The notes beneath the pieces are model-generated. The model worked only from the letters and a program-made list of their open reading frames with translations. It ran no database searches and was not told where the DNA came from. From the NCBI RefSeq assembly GCF_902713615.1, contig NC_052161.1, forward strand, positions 86,716,236 through 86,780,235: a DNA stretch of 64,000 bases, written 5' to 3'. Shown one piece after another: positions 21,701 through 35,441 of this stretch. A program made the translations under genes and the position numbers. The first letter of the stretch is position 1. Every line of letters starts with the position of its first letter. Source of the stretch: Scyliorhinus canicula. Taxonomy: Eukaryota.

Positions 21701-23373
21701 GGTTGCCTTTATGTTTGATAACTCGTAAAGGGGCAAAATAAAAATGATAAGATTCTTCGGTGGAGGATCGAACTCTCCACCTATAATGACGATATTAAGT
21801 ATCGACCCGGGAAGCTCAACGAGCCTCCGGATGCTCTATCCCGTGGGACATGCGCCAGCGCGCAGATTGACCGATTGAAAGTCATCCACAACGGCCTCTG
21901 CCACCCGGGGGTCACCCGGCTCGCCCACTACATCAGGGCCCGAAACCTGCCTTTCTCCAAAGAGGAGGTAAAAGCGGTCATCAGGGACTGCCCGATCTGT
22001 GCGGAGTGCAAAACGCACTTCTATAGACCAGACAGGGCCCAACTGGTCAAGGCTTCTAGGCCCTTTGAACGTCTCGTGATTGATTTCAAAGGGCCACTCC
22101 CCTCAACTAACAAGAACGTTTACTTTCTAAACGTCGTAGATGAGTACTCCCGTTTCCCATTTGCTATCCCGCGCCCCGACATGACCTCCCACACAGTCAT
22201 TAGGGCCCTGCATAGTTTCTTCACCCTGTTTGGTTTCCCCAGCTACGTACACAGCGACCGAGGTTCGTCCTTCATGAGCGACGAGCTGCGTCAGTACCTG
22301 CTCGACAAGGGCATTGCCTCGAGCAGGACTACCAGCTACAACCCCAGGGGGAACGGGCAGGTGGAGAGGGAGAACGCGATGGTCTGGAAGACCGTCCTAC
22401 TGACTCTCCGGTCTAGAAAGCTCCAAGTCTCCCAGTGGCAGGAAGTCCTCCCAGACACGCTCCACGCTATTAGGTCCCTTTTGTGCACAGCGACCAATCA
22501 GACCCCTCACGAGAGGCTCTTCATTTTTTCCAGGGGCACTACCACGGGTGTCTCACTTCCGGCGTGGCTGAGGACACCGGGCCGGGTACTCCTGAGGAAA
22601 CACGTCAGGGCGCACAAAACCGACCCCCTTGTAGAGAAGGTGCGCCTGCTCCACTCCAACCCCCAGTACGCCTTCGTCGAGTTCCCTGACGGCCGTCAGG
22701 ACACGGTATCCCTCCGGGATCTGGCACCCGCCGGATCCAGCGCCCCCTCTACCCCCACAGAAGGTCCCCTCACCCTACACCCCATGCTGCCGTCCCCTCA
22801 CGCTCCTGAGCCCACGAGCTCGCTCCACCAGTTCCGTGCACCCGCGCCGGCCAGCCCCCAGCGCTCCCCAGTCCCCGGTCGAACCAGAAGAGTATGAAGC
22901 TCGGACACAACCCTCCCTGGAGTCCGCCATTGCACCCCAGCACACAACACACATCCAGCCACCGCAAGAGGCTACAACCCCGGTGCTCCGCAGATCACAG
23001 CGGACAGTTCAACCACCGGACAGACTTACTTTGCAGACAACCACCTCCGCCGGACTTGATTTTTTTGCAGGAGGTGAATGTGGTGAATGTAACTTGGTAA
23101 TTCACCCTGTATTTACCAATACTATTGTAAGCGCAGTAGTGTTATCCGACCACCAGGGGGAGTAGCTCTGGGAATGCTCAGGAGTTTGTACAGGGCTCCA
23201 CCCTTGGCTCAGCCCACGACTCCTCCCCCTAGACTGCTGTATAAATAACCGTGTCCAGAGCCAGCCTGAGTTCATCGTGAGTTCAACGGGTAACAGGCTG
23301 GCTCTGAAGTAAGTAGATTAAAACCACTGTTCATATCTGAAAGCACGTGTCTCATGAATTGATGGTTCCATAA
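18745..23373 (+). mobile_element. Full-length degenerate Gypsy element B1 inserted in Gypsy D RT
   Basis: 295-bp LTRs at 18745-19039 and 23079-23373, 5-bp TSD GCGGG, gag ATG at 19073, pol broken by stops (e.g. 21018, 21726) and frameshifts. Confidence 0.95.
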
Positions 23374-24709
23374 GCGGGGAAGTGGGTACGCATCGAGTTG
23401 CGTAAAGCGGTTTATGGTCTGGCTATAATCCACTACCATTCGTTGCTTTTCCCCGGAGTGGACTACCAATACTTGAGCCCTCCAAGGCTGTTGCTGGCCT
23501 CAATGACCCCCTCTTTTAGTAGCCGCTGAACCTCTGACTTGATAAAAGTCATGTCTTGGGTACTGTACCGGCGACTCCTGGTGGCGACGGGCTTACAGTC
23601 GGGAGTGAGGGTCGCGAAGAGGGGGGGTGGCGCAACTTTGAGTGACGCCAGGCTGCATACTGTGAGTGGGGGCAGGGGTCCACCGAACTTCAGTGTCAGG
23701 CTCCGGTGGCTGCACTGAAAGTCCAGACCGAGCAGCAGGGGGGGGTGCAGAGGTGAGGGAGGATGTAGAGTTTAAAACGGGTGTATTCAGCGCCTTGAAT
23801 TGCGAGGTCAGCGACACAATACCCCGTGATTTGAACCGAATGGGACCCCGAAGCGAGGGCGATAGTTTGGGCGGCGGGGAGGATGTGCAGGGAGCAGCGC
23901 CTTACTGTGTCTGGATGGATAAAGCTCTCCGTGCTCCCGGAGTTGAATAGGCAGGAAGTGTCGTGGCCGTTGATTCGCACCCGCATCATTGAGTTCCACA
24001 GGTGCTTTGGCCGCGATTGATCGACCATGATCGCTCCTAGTTGCGGGTAGTCAGAGTCCTTGGTTAAGTCGGACTCACAAAATGGCCACCTGGAGTCACA
24101 AAATGGCCGCCACCGTCGGTCGCACGTGTTGGGGTTCGAAGATGGCCGCCGTCAAGATGGCCGCTCCCATGACTCGCACGAGGTTGATGACGTGTCGGAA
24201 GTGGGCGTGTCCGGCCACCGCGCGGCCGCGTTGTGATGCCTGTGAGGCCGGGAGCTTGATTTCTGGGCCCGGTGAGGATTTTGTTTGCGGCCTTTGGGCC
24301 CAGCCAGGCAGACTTTAGCGATGTGCCCTTTCTTCCCACAGAGCTGGCCGTGCAACGTTGACGTGGGTGCTGGCCTTGCCTACAGAAACAGCATGGGGAA
24401 CCCCCGGAGTGAGCGGATCGGCGTGCGGCGCAGGCCTGTAGCGTGGCCGAGTCTAGAGGGGATCGAGAGGGGTTTGCAAGGTCCGCGGAGTATGTACGGA
24501 GGTTACGGTGGGCCGTTTCTAGGGAAGAGGCGAGCGTTACCGTGCATTCGAGAACCTTTGCCCCGTCTTCTAGGAGCTGCTGCCGGATGTACGAGGACCT
24601 GATACCGGACACAAAGGCATCGCGAATAGGCAAGTTCATGTGGGTTTCTGCCGTCACTGCTTTATGATTGTAGTTCCTGTTTTAATACAAAAGATTGTAG
24701 TTCCCAAAT

Positions 24710-27700
24710 TCTGTAACCTCCTCCAGCCCCTACACCCCTCCCTATCTCTGTAACCTCCTCCAGCCCCTACACCCCTCCCTATCTCTGTAACCTCCTCCAG
24801 CCCTTCACTCCTCCCTATCTCTGTAACCACCTCCAGCCCTACACCCCTCCCTATCTCTGTAACCTCCTCCAGCCCCAACACCCCTCCTTATCTCTGTAAC
24901 CTCCTCCAGCCCCTGCATCCCTCCCTATCTCTGTAACCTCCTCCAGCTCCAAGACCCTCCCTATCTCTGTAACCTCCTCCAGCCCCTACACCCCTCCCTA
25001 TCTCTGTAACCTCCTCCAGCCCCTACACCCCTCCCTATCTCTGTAACCTCCTCCAGCCCTACACCCCTCCCTATCTCTGTAACCACCTCAAGCCCCAACA
25101 CCACTCCCTATCTCTGTAACCTCCTCCACAACCAACACCCCTCCCTATCTCTGTAACCTCCTCCAGCCCTTCACTCCTCCCTATCTCTGTAACCACCTCC
25201 AGCCCTACACCCCTCCCTATCTCTGTAACCTCCTCCAGCCCCAACACCCCTCCCTATCTCTGTAACCTCCTCCAGCCCCTGCATCCCTCCCTATCTCTGT
25301 AACCTCCTCCAGCTCCAAGACCCTCCCTATCTCTGTAACCTCCTCCAACCCCTGCAACCCTCCCTATCTCTGTAACCTCCTCCAGCCCCTACACCCCTCC
25401 CAATCTCTGTAACCTCCTCCAGCCCCTTCACCCCTCCCTATCTCTGTAACCTCCTCCAGCCTCATGACGCTCCCTATCTCTGTAACCTCCCACAGCCCCA
25501 ACGCCCCTCCCTATCTCTGTATCCTCCTCCAGCCCCTATGACCCTCTCTATCTCTGTAACCTCCTCCAGCCCCTATTACCCTCCCTATCTCTGTAACATC
25601 CTCCAGCCCCAACACCCCTCCCTATCACTGTAACCTCCTCCAGCCCCAACACCCCTCCCTATCTCTGTAACCTCCTCCAGCCCCTACACCCCTCCCTATC
25701 TCTGTAACCTCCTCCAGCCCCTACACCCCTCCCTATCACTGTAATGTCCTCCAGTCCCTACACCCCTCCCTATCTCTGTAACCTCCTCCAGCCACATGAC
25801 GCTCCCTATCTCTGTAACCTCCTACAGCCCCAACGCCCTTCCCTATTTCTGTATCCTCCTCCAGACCCTATGACCCTTCCTATCTCTGTAACCTCCTCCA
25901 GCCCCTATTACCCTCCCTATCTCTGTAACATCCTCCAGCCCCAACACCCCTCCCTATCACTGTAACCTCCTCCAGACCCTACACCCCTTACCTATCTCTG
26001 TAACCTCCTAAAGAACCAACACCCCTCCCTATCTCTGTAACCACCTCCAGCCCCTACACCCCTCCCTATACTGTAACCTCCTCCAGCCCCATGACCCTCC
26101 CTATCTCTGTAACCTCCACCAGCCCCTACAGCCCTCGCTATCACTGTAACCTCCTCCAGCCCCGACACCCCTCCCTATCTCTGTAACCTCCTTCAGCCCT
26201 ACACCCCTCCCTATCTCTGTAACCTCCTCCAGCCCCTACACCCCTCCCTATCTCTGTAACCTCCTCCAGCCCTACACCCCTCCCTATCTCTGTAACCTCC
26301 TCCAGCCCTACACCCCTCCCTATCCCTGTAACCTCCTCCAGCCCTACACCCCTCCCTATCTCTGTAACCTCCTCCAGCCCCATGACCCTCCCTATCTCTG
26401 TAACATCCACCAGCCCCTACACCCCTCCCTATCTCTGTATCCTCCTCCAGCCCCTATGACCCTCTCTATCTCTGTAACCTCCTCCAGCCCCTATTACCCT
26501 CCCTATCTCTGTAACATCCTCCAGCCCCAACACCCCTCCCTATCACTGTAACCTCCTCCAGCCCCTATGACCCTTCCTATCTCTGTAAACTCCTCCAGCC
26601 CCTATTACCCTCCCTATCTCTGTAACATCCTCCAGCCCCAACACCCCTCCCTATCACTGTAACCTCCTCCAGACCCTACACCCCTTACCTATCTCTGTAA
26701 CCTCCTAAAGAACCAACACCCCTCCCTATCTCTGTAACCACCTCCAGCCCCTACACCCCTCCCTATACTGTAACCTCCTCCAGCCCCATGACCCTCCCTA
26801 TCTCTGTAACCTCCACCAGCCCCTACAGCCCTCGCTATCACTGTAACCTCCTCCAGCCCCGACACCCCTCCCTATCTCTGTAACCTCCTTCAGCCCTACA
26901 CCCCTCCCTATCTCTGTAACCTCCTCCAGCCCCTACACCCCTCCCTATCTCTGTAACCTCCTCCAGCCCTACACCCCTCCCTATCTCTGTAACCTCCTCC
27001 AGCCCTACACCCCTCCCTATCACTGTAACCTCCTCCAGCCCTACACCCCTCCCTATCTCTGTAACCTCCTCCAGCCCCATGACCCTCCCTATCTCTGTAA
27101 CATCCACCAGCCCCTACACCTCTCCCGATCTCTGTAACCTCCTCCAGCCCCTACACCCCTCCCTATCTCTGTAACCTCCTCCAGCCCTACACCCCTCCCT
27201 ATCTCTGTAACCTCCTCCAGCCCTACACCCCTCCCTATCACTGTAACCTCCTCCAGCCCTACACCCCTCCCTATCTCTGTAACCTCCTCCAGCCCCATGA
27301 CCCTCCCTATCTCTGTAACATCCTCCAGCCCCAACACCCCTCCCTATCACTGTAACCTCCTCCAGACCCTACACCCCTTACCTATCTCTGTAACCTCCTA
27401 AAGAACCAACACCCCTCCCTATCTCTGTAACCATCTCCAGCCCCTACACCCCTCCCTATACTGTAACCTCCTCCAGCCCCATGACCCTCCCTATCTCTGT
27501 AACCTCCACCAGCCCCTACAGCCCTCGCTATCACTGTAACCTCCTCCAGCCCCGACACCCCTCCCTATCTCTGTAACCTCCTTCAGCCCTACACCCCTCC
27601 CTATCTCTGTAACCTCCTCCAGCCCCTACACCCCTCCCTATCTCTGTAACCTCCTCCAGCCCTACACCCCTCCCTATCTCTGTAACCTCCTCCAGCCCTA

Positions 27701-29480
27701 CACCCCTCCCTATCACTGTAACCTCCTCCAGCCCTACACCCCTCCCTATCTCTGTAACCTCCTCCAGCCCCATGACCCTCCCTATCTCTGTAACATCCAC
27801 CAGCCCCTACACCCCTCCCTATCTCTGTAACCTCCTTCAGCCCCTACACCACTCCCTATCTCTGTAACCTCCTCCAGCCCCTACATCCCTCCCTCTCTCT
27901 GTAACCTCCTCCAGCCCTACACCCCTCCCTATCTCTGTAACCTCCTCCAGCCCTACACCCCTCCCTATCTCTGTAACCTCCTCCAGCCCCGACACCCCTC
28001 CCTACTTCTGTAACCTCTTCCAGCCCCATGACCCTCCCTATCACTGTAACCTCCTCCAGCCCCTACAACCCTCCCTATCTCTGTAACCTCCTCCAGCCCC
28101 ATGACCTTCCCTATCTCTGTAACATCCTCCAGCCCCTACACCCCTCCCTATCTCTGTAAACTCCTCCAGCCCCTACACCCTCCCTATCACTGTGACCTCC
28201 TCCAGCCCCATGACCCTCCCTAACTCTGTAACCTCCTCCAGTCCCTACACCACTCCCTATCTCTGTAACCTCCTCCAGCACCTACACCCCTCCCTCTCTC
28301 TGTAACATCCTCCAGCCCAGACACCCCTCCCTATCTCTGTAACCTCCTCCAGCCCCATGACCCTCCCTATCTCTGTAACCTCCTCCAGCCCCATGACCCT
28401 TCCTGTCTCTGTAACCTCCTCCAGCTCCATCACCCTCCCTATCTCTGTAACCTCCAGCTCCATCACCCTCCCTGCCTCTGTAAACTCCTCCTGCCCCATG
28501 ACCCTCCCTATCTCTGTAACGTGCTCCAGCCCCTACACCCCTCGCTATCTCTGTAATCTCCTCCAGCCCTGACACCCCTCCCTATCTCTGTAACCTCCTC
28601 CAGCTCCATGACCCCCCCTATCTCTGTAACCTCCGCCAGCCCCATGACCCTCCCTATCTCTGTAACCTCCTCCAGCCTCTACACCCTCCCTATCTCTGTA
28701 ACCTCCTCCAGCCCTACACCCCTCCCTATCTCTGTAACCTCCTCCAGCCCCTACACCCCTCCCTATCTCTGTAACCTCCTCCAGCCCCTACACCCTCGCT
28801 ATCACTGTAACCTCCTCCAGCCCCTACACCCCTCCCTATCTCTGTAACCTCCTCCAGCCCCTACACCCTCCCTATCACTGTAACCTCCTCCTGCCCCATG
28901 ACCCTCCCTATCTCTGTAACCTCCTCCAGCCCCATGACCCTCCCTATCTCTGTAACCTCCTCCAGTCCCATGACCCTCCCTATCTCTGTAACCTCCTCCA
29001 GCCCCATGACCCTCCCTATCTCTGTAACCTCCTCCAGCCCCATGACCCTCCCTATCTCTGTAACCTCCTCCAGCCCCATGACCCTCCTTATCACTGTAAC
29101 CTCCTCCAACCCCATGACCCTGCCTTATCTCTGTAACCTCCTCCAGCCCCCCACAAATCCATCCCTATCTCTGTAGCGTACTCCAGCTCCCATAGTGCTT
29201 CACAGCACTGCAACCTCCTCCAGGCCTGAAAACCCTGCCTATCTTTGTAACTCCCTACAGCCCCTTACATCCCTCCCTATCACTATAACGTCCCCCAGCC
29301 CTACACACCTTCCTATCTTTGTTATCTTCTCCATCCCTGCCAACCCTCCCTATCTCTACAGCCTCCTCCATACCCGACAATCCTCCTGATCCTTGTAACA
29401 TTCTTCAGCCCCTACACCCCTTCCTATCCCTGCAACCTCCCCCAGCCCTTTCCTATCTCTGCAACCTCCACCAGCCCCTT
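24710..29480. repeat. 37-bp C-rich satellite with ~695-bp higher-order repeats
   Basis: Unit ctctgtaacctcctccagcccctacacccctccctat. Near-identical ORF blocks at 26141, 26838 and 27531. The array decays toward 29480. Confidence 0.95.
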
Positions 29481-29577
29481 CATCCCTCCCCTGTCTCTGT
29501 ACCCTCTTCCAGCCCTACAACCTTCCCTATTGCTGTCAGTTCCACCACCGACGCACAGTGGCAGTCGTGTGTACCGT

Positions 29578-32500
29578 TGATGCACAATCAATGGACACGA
29601 AACGTAGATAAAGCCCGAACGATAGGCTTTAATACAAAAGAAGTGGACCTGGCAGCAGACGTACAGAAGAATGGCAGACTGCCGGGGAACACGGGTTCTT
29701 ATACCCCGCCTCATAGGCGGAGCTACCTACCTCTCAGCCAATCGGCTGAGAGGCACATGACATACCTGGGTTAATGGGCAGCGAGTCCTCTGCACCAATG
29801 GCAGCTCAAACTTCCAGGTACCTTAATACCTCCAGTCATACTACCACATTCACCCCCTGTTGAAAAAGGAACCGGGGTGGGGGAGGGGTACGGGGAACGC
29901 GGACATGGCAGGGGGGGGGGGTGCGTGTCCCGTGAGTACGTGAGAGACCGGTGGCTGCCAGAGCTACATCAGATGCGTCGCTCCCGACTTGGAATGGGAG
30001 GGACTCGTCGATAGCTCGCATCGTGGCCATTGCGATATCCGCTTTGATGCGGCTAAAGGTCTGGCGGGCCTCCATCGACAGGGGAAATGTGGCTGATTGG
30101 ATGAGGGGACGGGCTTTGTCGGCGTAATTGGGGACCCACTGGGCGTAATATGAAAAGAAGCCCAAACAGCGCTTGAGGGCTTTGAGGGGAGTGGGGGAGG
30201 GGAAGCTCCACCAGGGGGCGCATGCGTTCCGGGTCGGGGCCTATCACTCCGTTACGCACTACGTAGCCGAGGATGGCTAAACGGTCGGTGCTAAACACGC
30301 ATTTTTCCTTGTTGTAGGTCAGGTTCAGGAGCTTTGCGGTTGGGAGGAATTTTCGGAGGCTGGTGTCGTGGTCCTACTGGTCGTGGTCACAGATGGTGAC
30401 ATTATCAAGATACGGGAAGGTTGCCCGTAAACCGTATTGGTCGACCATTCGGTCCATCACCCGTTGGAAGACCGAGACCCCGTTTGTGACACCGAAGGGA
30501 ACCCTTAAAAAGTGGTAGAGTCGCCCACCTGCTTCGAACGCAGTGTACTTTCGGTCACTCGTGCAGATGGGGAGCTGATGGTAGGCAGACTTGAGGTCCA
30601 CCGTGGAGAAGACCTTGTACTGCGCGATCCTATTGACCAGGTCGGAGATATGCGGGAGAGGGTACGTGTCCAGCTGCGTAAACCTGTTGATGATCTGACT
30701 GTAGTCTATGACCATCCTATTTTCTCCCCAGTCTTTACCACCAGCACTTGTGCTCGCCAGGGACTGTTTCTAGCCTCGATGACCCCTTCCTTCAGAAGCC
30801 GTTGGACTTCAGACCTGATGAAGGTCCGGTCCTGGGCACTGTACCGTCTGCTCCTGGTGGTGACGGGTTTGCAATCTGGGGTGAGGTTTGCAAACAAGGA
30901 TGGTGGGTTCGACCTTGAGGGTCGCGAGGCTGCAGACAGAACGGGGGGGGGGGGGGGGGGGCATAGGGCCGCCGAATTTGAATGTTAAGCTCTGGAGGTT
31001 GCACTGGAAATCTAACCCCAGGAGTGCTGCCGCACAGAGTTGGGGAAGGACGAAGAGCTTGTAATTTTTAAACTCCCTCCCCTGGACTGTGAGGTCCGCT
31101 ATGCAGCACCCCGTGATCTGTACCGAGTGAGAACCGGAGGCCAGAGTGATTTTTTGTTTGACTGGGTAAACAGGAAGAGCGCAGGATCTTACCGTGGCGG
31201 GGCGGACAAAACTCTCTGTGCTCCCGGAGTCCAGCAGGCAGCTTGTCTCGTGGCCGTTGAGGAGGATCTTCGTGGTTGCCGTGGATAGGGTGCGAGGCCG
31301 CGACTGGTCCAATGTGACTGAGGCGAGTCGTGGCAGAAACTCAGAGTCATCATCCGGCAGAGAGTAGTCACCTGCGGGGCCCTCGGTCCAAGATGGTGCC
31401 GCCCGTCGGCTTAACATGGTGGGGGGTGGACAAAATAGCGGCGCCCGGGGATCGCACGTGGAGTCGGGGGCCAAAATGGCGGTGCCGCCGGGGATCGCAC
31501 GTGGCGGTGGGGGGTGGGGGCAGCGAGGTCCGTGGGCCACACGGGACCCCTGAGGAGTGCCGGGGAGAGGACCTGCGACCGCTTTTGATTGACAGACGGC
31601 CGCAAAGTGGCCCTTCTTGCCGCAGCCTTTACAGATTGCGGAGCGGGCCGGGCAGCGCTGGCGGGGGTGCTTTGCCTGGCCAGAAAAAGAGCAGCGGGGA
31701 CCCGTAGGTTTTTCGGGGCGCCCTGCGGCGCAGACCTGGGAGGGGTCCGCGTCCGTAGGGGTGAGGGAGGTTGTGTTCATCGCTGCCCAGGGGGCCGCCG
31801 CGCGGTCGGGGGCGAACGCGCGGGCTTTACGATTAGCGACGTCGAGGGAGGAGGCGAGGGCCCGTCCGTAAGGCTTAAAGTCTCTCTCTCCAACAGTCTT
31901 TGGGTGATCTGCGAGGACTGCATACCTGCAACGAAAGCGTCTCTGATTCGGTATGCTCGGCAGCAGAAACCTCGGGGCAGCCGCAGTTCCTCCCCAGGAC
32001 GAGGAGGGTCCGGTAAAATTCGTCCAGAGACTCACCAGGAAGTTGCTGCCTCATGGCCAGTAAGTGCCGAGCGTAGACTTGGTTCACCGGCCATATGAAA
32101 TGTCCTTTGAGCAAGTCCATGGCCGCGTCGTAGTCTGTCGTGTCCTCTATGAGTGTGTACACGGCGGTGCCGACGCATGAGTGGAGGATATGCAATTTCT
32201 GCTCCCTCGTCGGGACATTTTCGGCTGTACTCGGGTAACTATTGAAGCAAGCCAGCCAGTGCTTAAATGCTGCTGCTGCATTTGCTGCGTGGGGGCTGAG
32301 TCGAAGACACTCCGGCTCGATGCGAAGCTCCATCCTTTAAAATCTTGTGTATTAAATTGATGCACAATCAATGGACACGAAACGTAGATAAAGTCCAAAC
32401 GATAGGCTTTAATACACAAGAAGTAGACCCTGCAGCAGACGTAAAGAAGAATGGCAGACTGCTGGGGACCACGGGTTCTTATACTCAGCTTCGTAGGTGG

Positions 32501-32628
32501 AGCTACCTACCTCTCAGCCAATCGGCTGAGAGGCACATGACATACCTGGGCCAATGGGCAGCGAGTCCTCTGCATCAATGGCAGCTCACACTTCCAAGTA
32601 CCATAATACCCCTAGTCATACTACCACA
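29578..32628 (-). mobile_element. Internally deleted Gypsy element C (lacks most of RH and all of IN)
   Basis: 271-bp LTRs at 29578-29848 and 32358-32628, TSD accgt/accat, gag ATG at 32333, protease LLDSGS, RT YLDN. The sequence jumps from ASDVALAAT to the PPT region. Inserted in an old LINE tail (29540-29577 and 32629-32950). Confidence 0.9.
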
Positions 32629-33061
32629 ACCATCTACAAGACACATGGCAGCCACTCACCAAGGCTCCCTTGCTAGCACCTTCCCAACCCACCACATCTA
32701 TCGTCTAGAAGGACAAGGGTTGCGGGTTGGGGGGCAACAGACACATGGGGAATGCCCACCGCCTGCAAGTTCCCCTCCGAGCCCCACACACACCATCCTG
32801 ACTGGGAAACATATCGGCCATTCCTTCACTGTCGCCAGACTGAATTCCTGGATTTCACACCACACCACACGGGGACTGCAGTGGGTTCAAGATGAGATGG
32901 AGGCCTACCCACCACTTTCACAAGGAGCAATTAGGGATGGACAATAAACCCCACAAATCCTGTGGAAGAATTCTCGAGAGATGTGGACCATCGTGACAAG
33001 CAAGCCACTGTGCAACAGGTAAAAAAAACTTTATAAACAACGCTGCCACAATGTTCAATAC

Positions 33062-33067
33062 TTTATT
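33062..33067 (-). terminator. Candidate CD4 poly(A) signal AATAAA
   Basis: TTTATT on the + strand in unique sequence downstream of the terminal exon. A second candidate lies at 34020-34025 inside a CR1 tail. Confidence 0.4.
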
Positions 33068-33489
33068 AAACATTCAAAAGCATTAATTCTTGAGGCCCAC
33101 ACTCGCACATTAAGCTACATTTGATTCCCCTCCAGGTCGGGGATCCATGCTGATCGAAGCGGGTTATCTGTTGCATCATTCCCGTTGTGCACGGGAACTA
33201 AAGAGAGAGCGGGAGCCTTAGAGCACAAAGCGCAAGGCGAGGGCGGAATCCACAAAGGCCACTTTGCATGGCTTGAAAGAAACTCGGAAACCTGAGCCAG
33301 ACGCTGCGGAGACTCATCAGGGGCGACAAACCTCACGAGGAAATGAGTTAAACATCCCAGGAAGATGTCAAACGCACTGTGGGGAAATGGGACGGCGTGA
33401 TGAGGAGGGTGGGGGTGGGGGGGGGGGGGGGGGTGGCGTCGGTCTAGATCGGAGCTCGGGCACAAAACGTGGAGTGGGGATGCCCGGGG

Positions 33490-35000
33490 CTGCCTGCTCG
33501 TGTAGCGCGGATGGGCAGGGTAAGGGGGGGATGTGCCACATAGTGGGGATGGGCAGGGTAAGGGGGGATGTGCCATGTAGTGGGGATGGGCCGGGTAAGG
33601 GGGGATGTACCACATAGTGGGGATGGGCAGGGTAAGGGGTGGGTGCCACATAGTGGGGATGGGCCGGGTAACGGGGGGCGTGCCACATAGTGGGGATGGG
33701 CCGGGTAAGGGGGGATGTGTCATATAGTGGGGATGGGCAGGGTAAGGGGGGAATGTGCCACATAGTGGGGATGGGCAGGGTGAGGGGGGGATGCCTCTAT
33801 AGAGGCATACAAAATGATCAGAGGGTTAGATAGGGTGGACAGCGAGAGCCTTCTCCCGCGGATGGAGGTGGCTAGCACGAGGGGACATAGACTTAAATTG
33901 AGGGGTAATAGATAAAGGACAGAGGTCAGAGGTGGGTTTTTTACGCAAAGAGTGGTGAGGCCGTGGAATGCCCTACCTGCAACAGTAGTGAACTCGCCAA
34001 CATTGAGGGCATTTAAAAATTTATTGGATAAGCATATGGATGATAAGGGCATAGTGTAGGTTAGATGGCCTTTAGTATTTTTCCATGTCGGTGCAACATC
34101 GAGGGCCGAAGGGCCTGTACTGCGCTGTATCGTTCTATGTTCTATGTTCTATAGTGGGGATGGGCAGGGTAAGGGGGGATGTGCCACATAGTGGGGATGG
34201 GCCGGGTAAGGGGGGATGTGCCACATAGTGGGGATGGGCCGGGTAAGGGGGGATGTGCCACATAGTGGGGATGGGCCGGGTAAGGGGGGACGTGCCACAT
34301 AGTGGGGATGGGCAGGGTAAGGGGGGGATGTGTCATATAGTGCGGATGGGCAGGGTAAGGGGGGATGTGCCACATAGTGGGGATGGGCCGGGTAAGGGGG
34401 GGCGTGCCACATAGTGGGGATGGGCAGGGTAAGGGGGGACGTGCCACATAGTGGGGATGGGCAGGGTAAGGGGGGGGATGTGCCATGTAGTGGGGATGGG
34501 CCGGGTAAGGGGGGGATGTGTCACATAGTGCGGATGGGCAGGGTAAGGGGGGATGTGCCACATAGTGGGGATGGGCAGGGTAAGGGGGAATGTGCCACAT
34601 AGTGGGGATGGGCCGGGTAAGGGAGGATGTGTCACATAGTGGGGATGGGCCGGGTAAGAGGGCGATGTGCCACATAGTGGGGATGAGCCGGGTAAGGGGG
34701 GGATGTGCCATGTAGTGGGGATGGGCCGGGTAAGGGGGGATGTGCCACATAGTGGGGATGGGCAGGGTAAGGGAAAATGTGCCACATAGTGGGGATGGTC
34801 AGGGTAAGGGAGGACGTGCCACATAGTGGGGATGGGCAGGGTAAGGGGGGATGTGCCATGTAGTGGGGATGGGCAGGGTAAGGGGGGGATGTGCCACATA
34901 GTGGGGATGGGCCGGGTAAGGGGGGGTGTGCCATGTAGTGGGGATGGGCCGGGTAAGGGGGGATGTGCCACATAGTGCGGATGGACAGGGTAAGGGTGTA
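33490..35000. repeat. 37-bp G-rich minisatellite containing a CR1 3' fragment (~33795-34150, +)
   Basis: Unit gggatgggccgggtaaggggggatgtgccacatagtg. The CR1 tail ends in (TTCTATG)n. Confidence 0.9.
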
Positions 35001-35087
35001 TCCCATGGCGCATCACATGGCGCATCACGTGGTCCGCATGACTAACGTTCGCTTCTGTGGAAGGCGCTTGAGGACGGCCGCACTCCT

Positions 35088-35316
35088 TTTTTTTCATAAA
35101 TTTAGAGTACCCAATTAAGTTTGAGCAATTAAGGGGCAATTTAGCGTGGCCAATCCACCTGCCCTGCACATCTTTTGGGTTGTGGGGGTGAAACCCACGC
35201 AAACACGGGGAGAATGTGCAAACTCCACATGGACAGTGACCCAGAGCCGGGATTCGAACCTGGGACCTCGGCGCCGTGAGGCTACAGGGCGAACCCACTG
35301 AGCCACCGTGCTGCCC
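35088..35316 (-). mobile_element. tRNA-derived SINE (V-SINE/HE1-like)
   Basis: GGGCAGCACGGTGG head, B box GGTTCGAATCC, A-rich tail, 13-bp TSD CGGCCGCACTCCT at 35075-35087 and 35321-35333. Confidence 0.9.
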
Positions 35317-35441
35317 TGGCCGGCCGCACTCCTGATTGGACGGTTGGCATGTGAGCGGTGGGGATGTGGCCAATCATGGAGGAGGGACTGGAGGAGGAAG
35401 ATTCAAAACATTCTAGTTGGCTACAAAGGATGATCCCAGGT

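Larger units (their letters stand above)
14650..24705 (-). mobile_element. Degenerate Gypsy element D hosting two nested insertions: 3' LTR 14650-14893, IN/RH 14894-16258, RH/RT 17920-18744, RT/PR/gag 23374-24705
   Basis: Removing the inserts restores QLDAYPLPR|IAEMV and HWRHYLA. The 5' LTR and 5' gag are missing. Confidence 0.85.

Noticed and set aside
33115-35373. Pro/His-rich ORFs up to 346 aa
   Set aside because: Translations of the 37-bp G-rich minisatellite.
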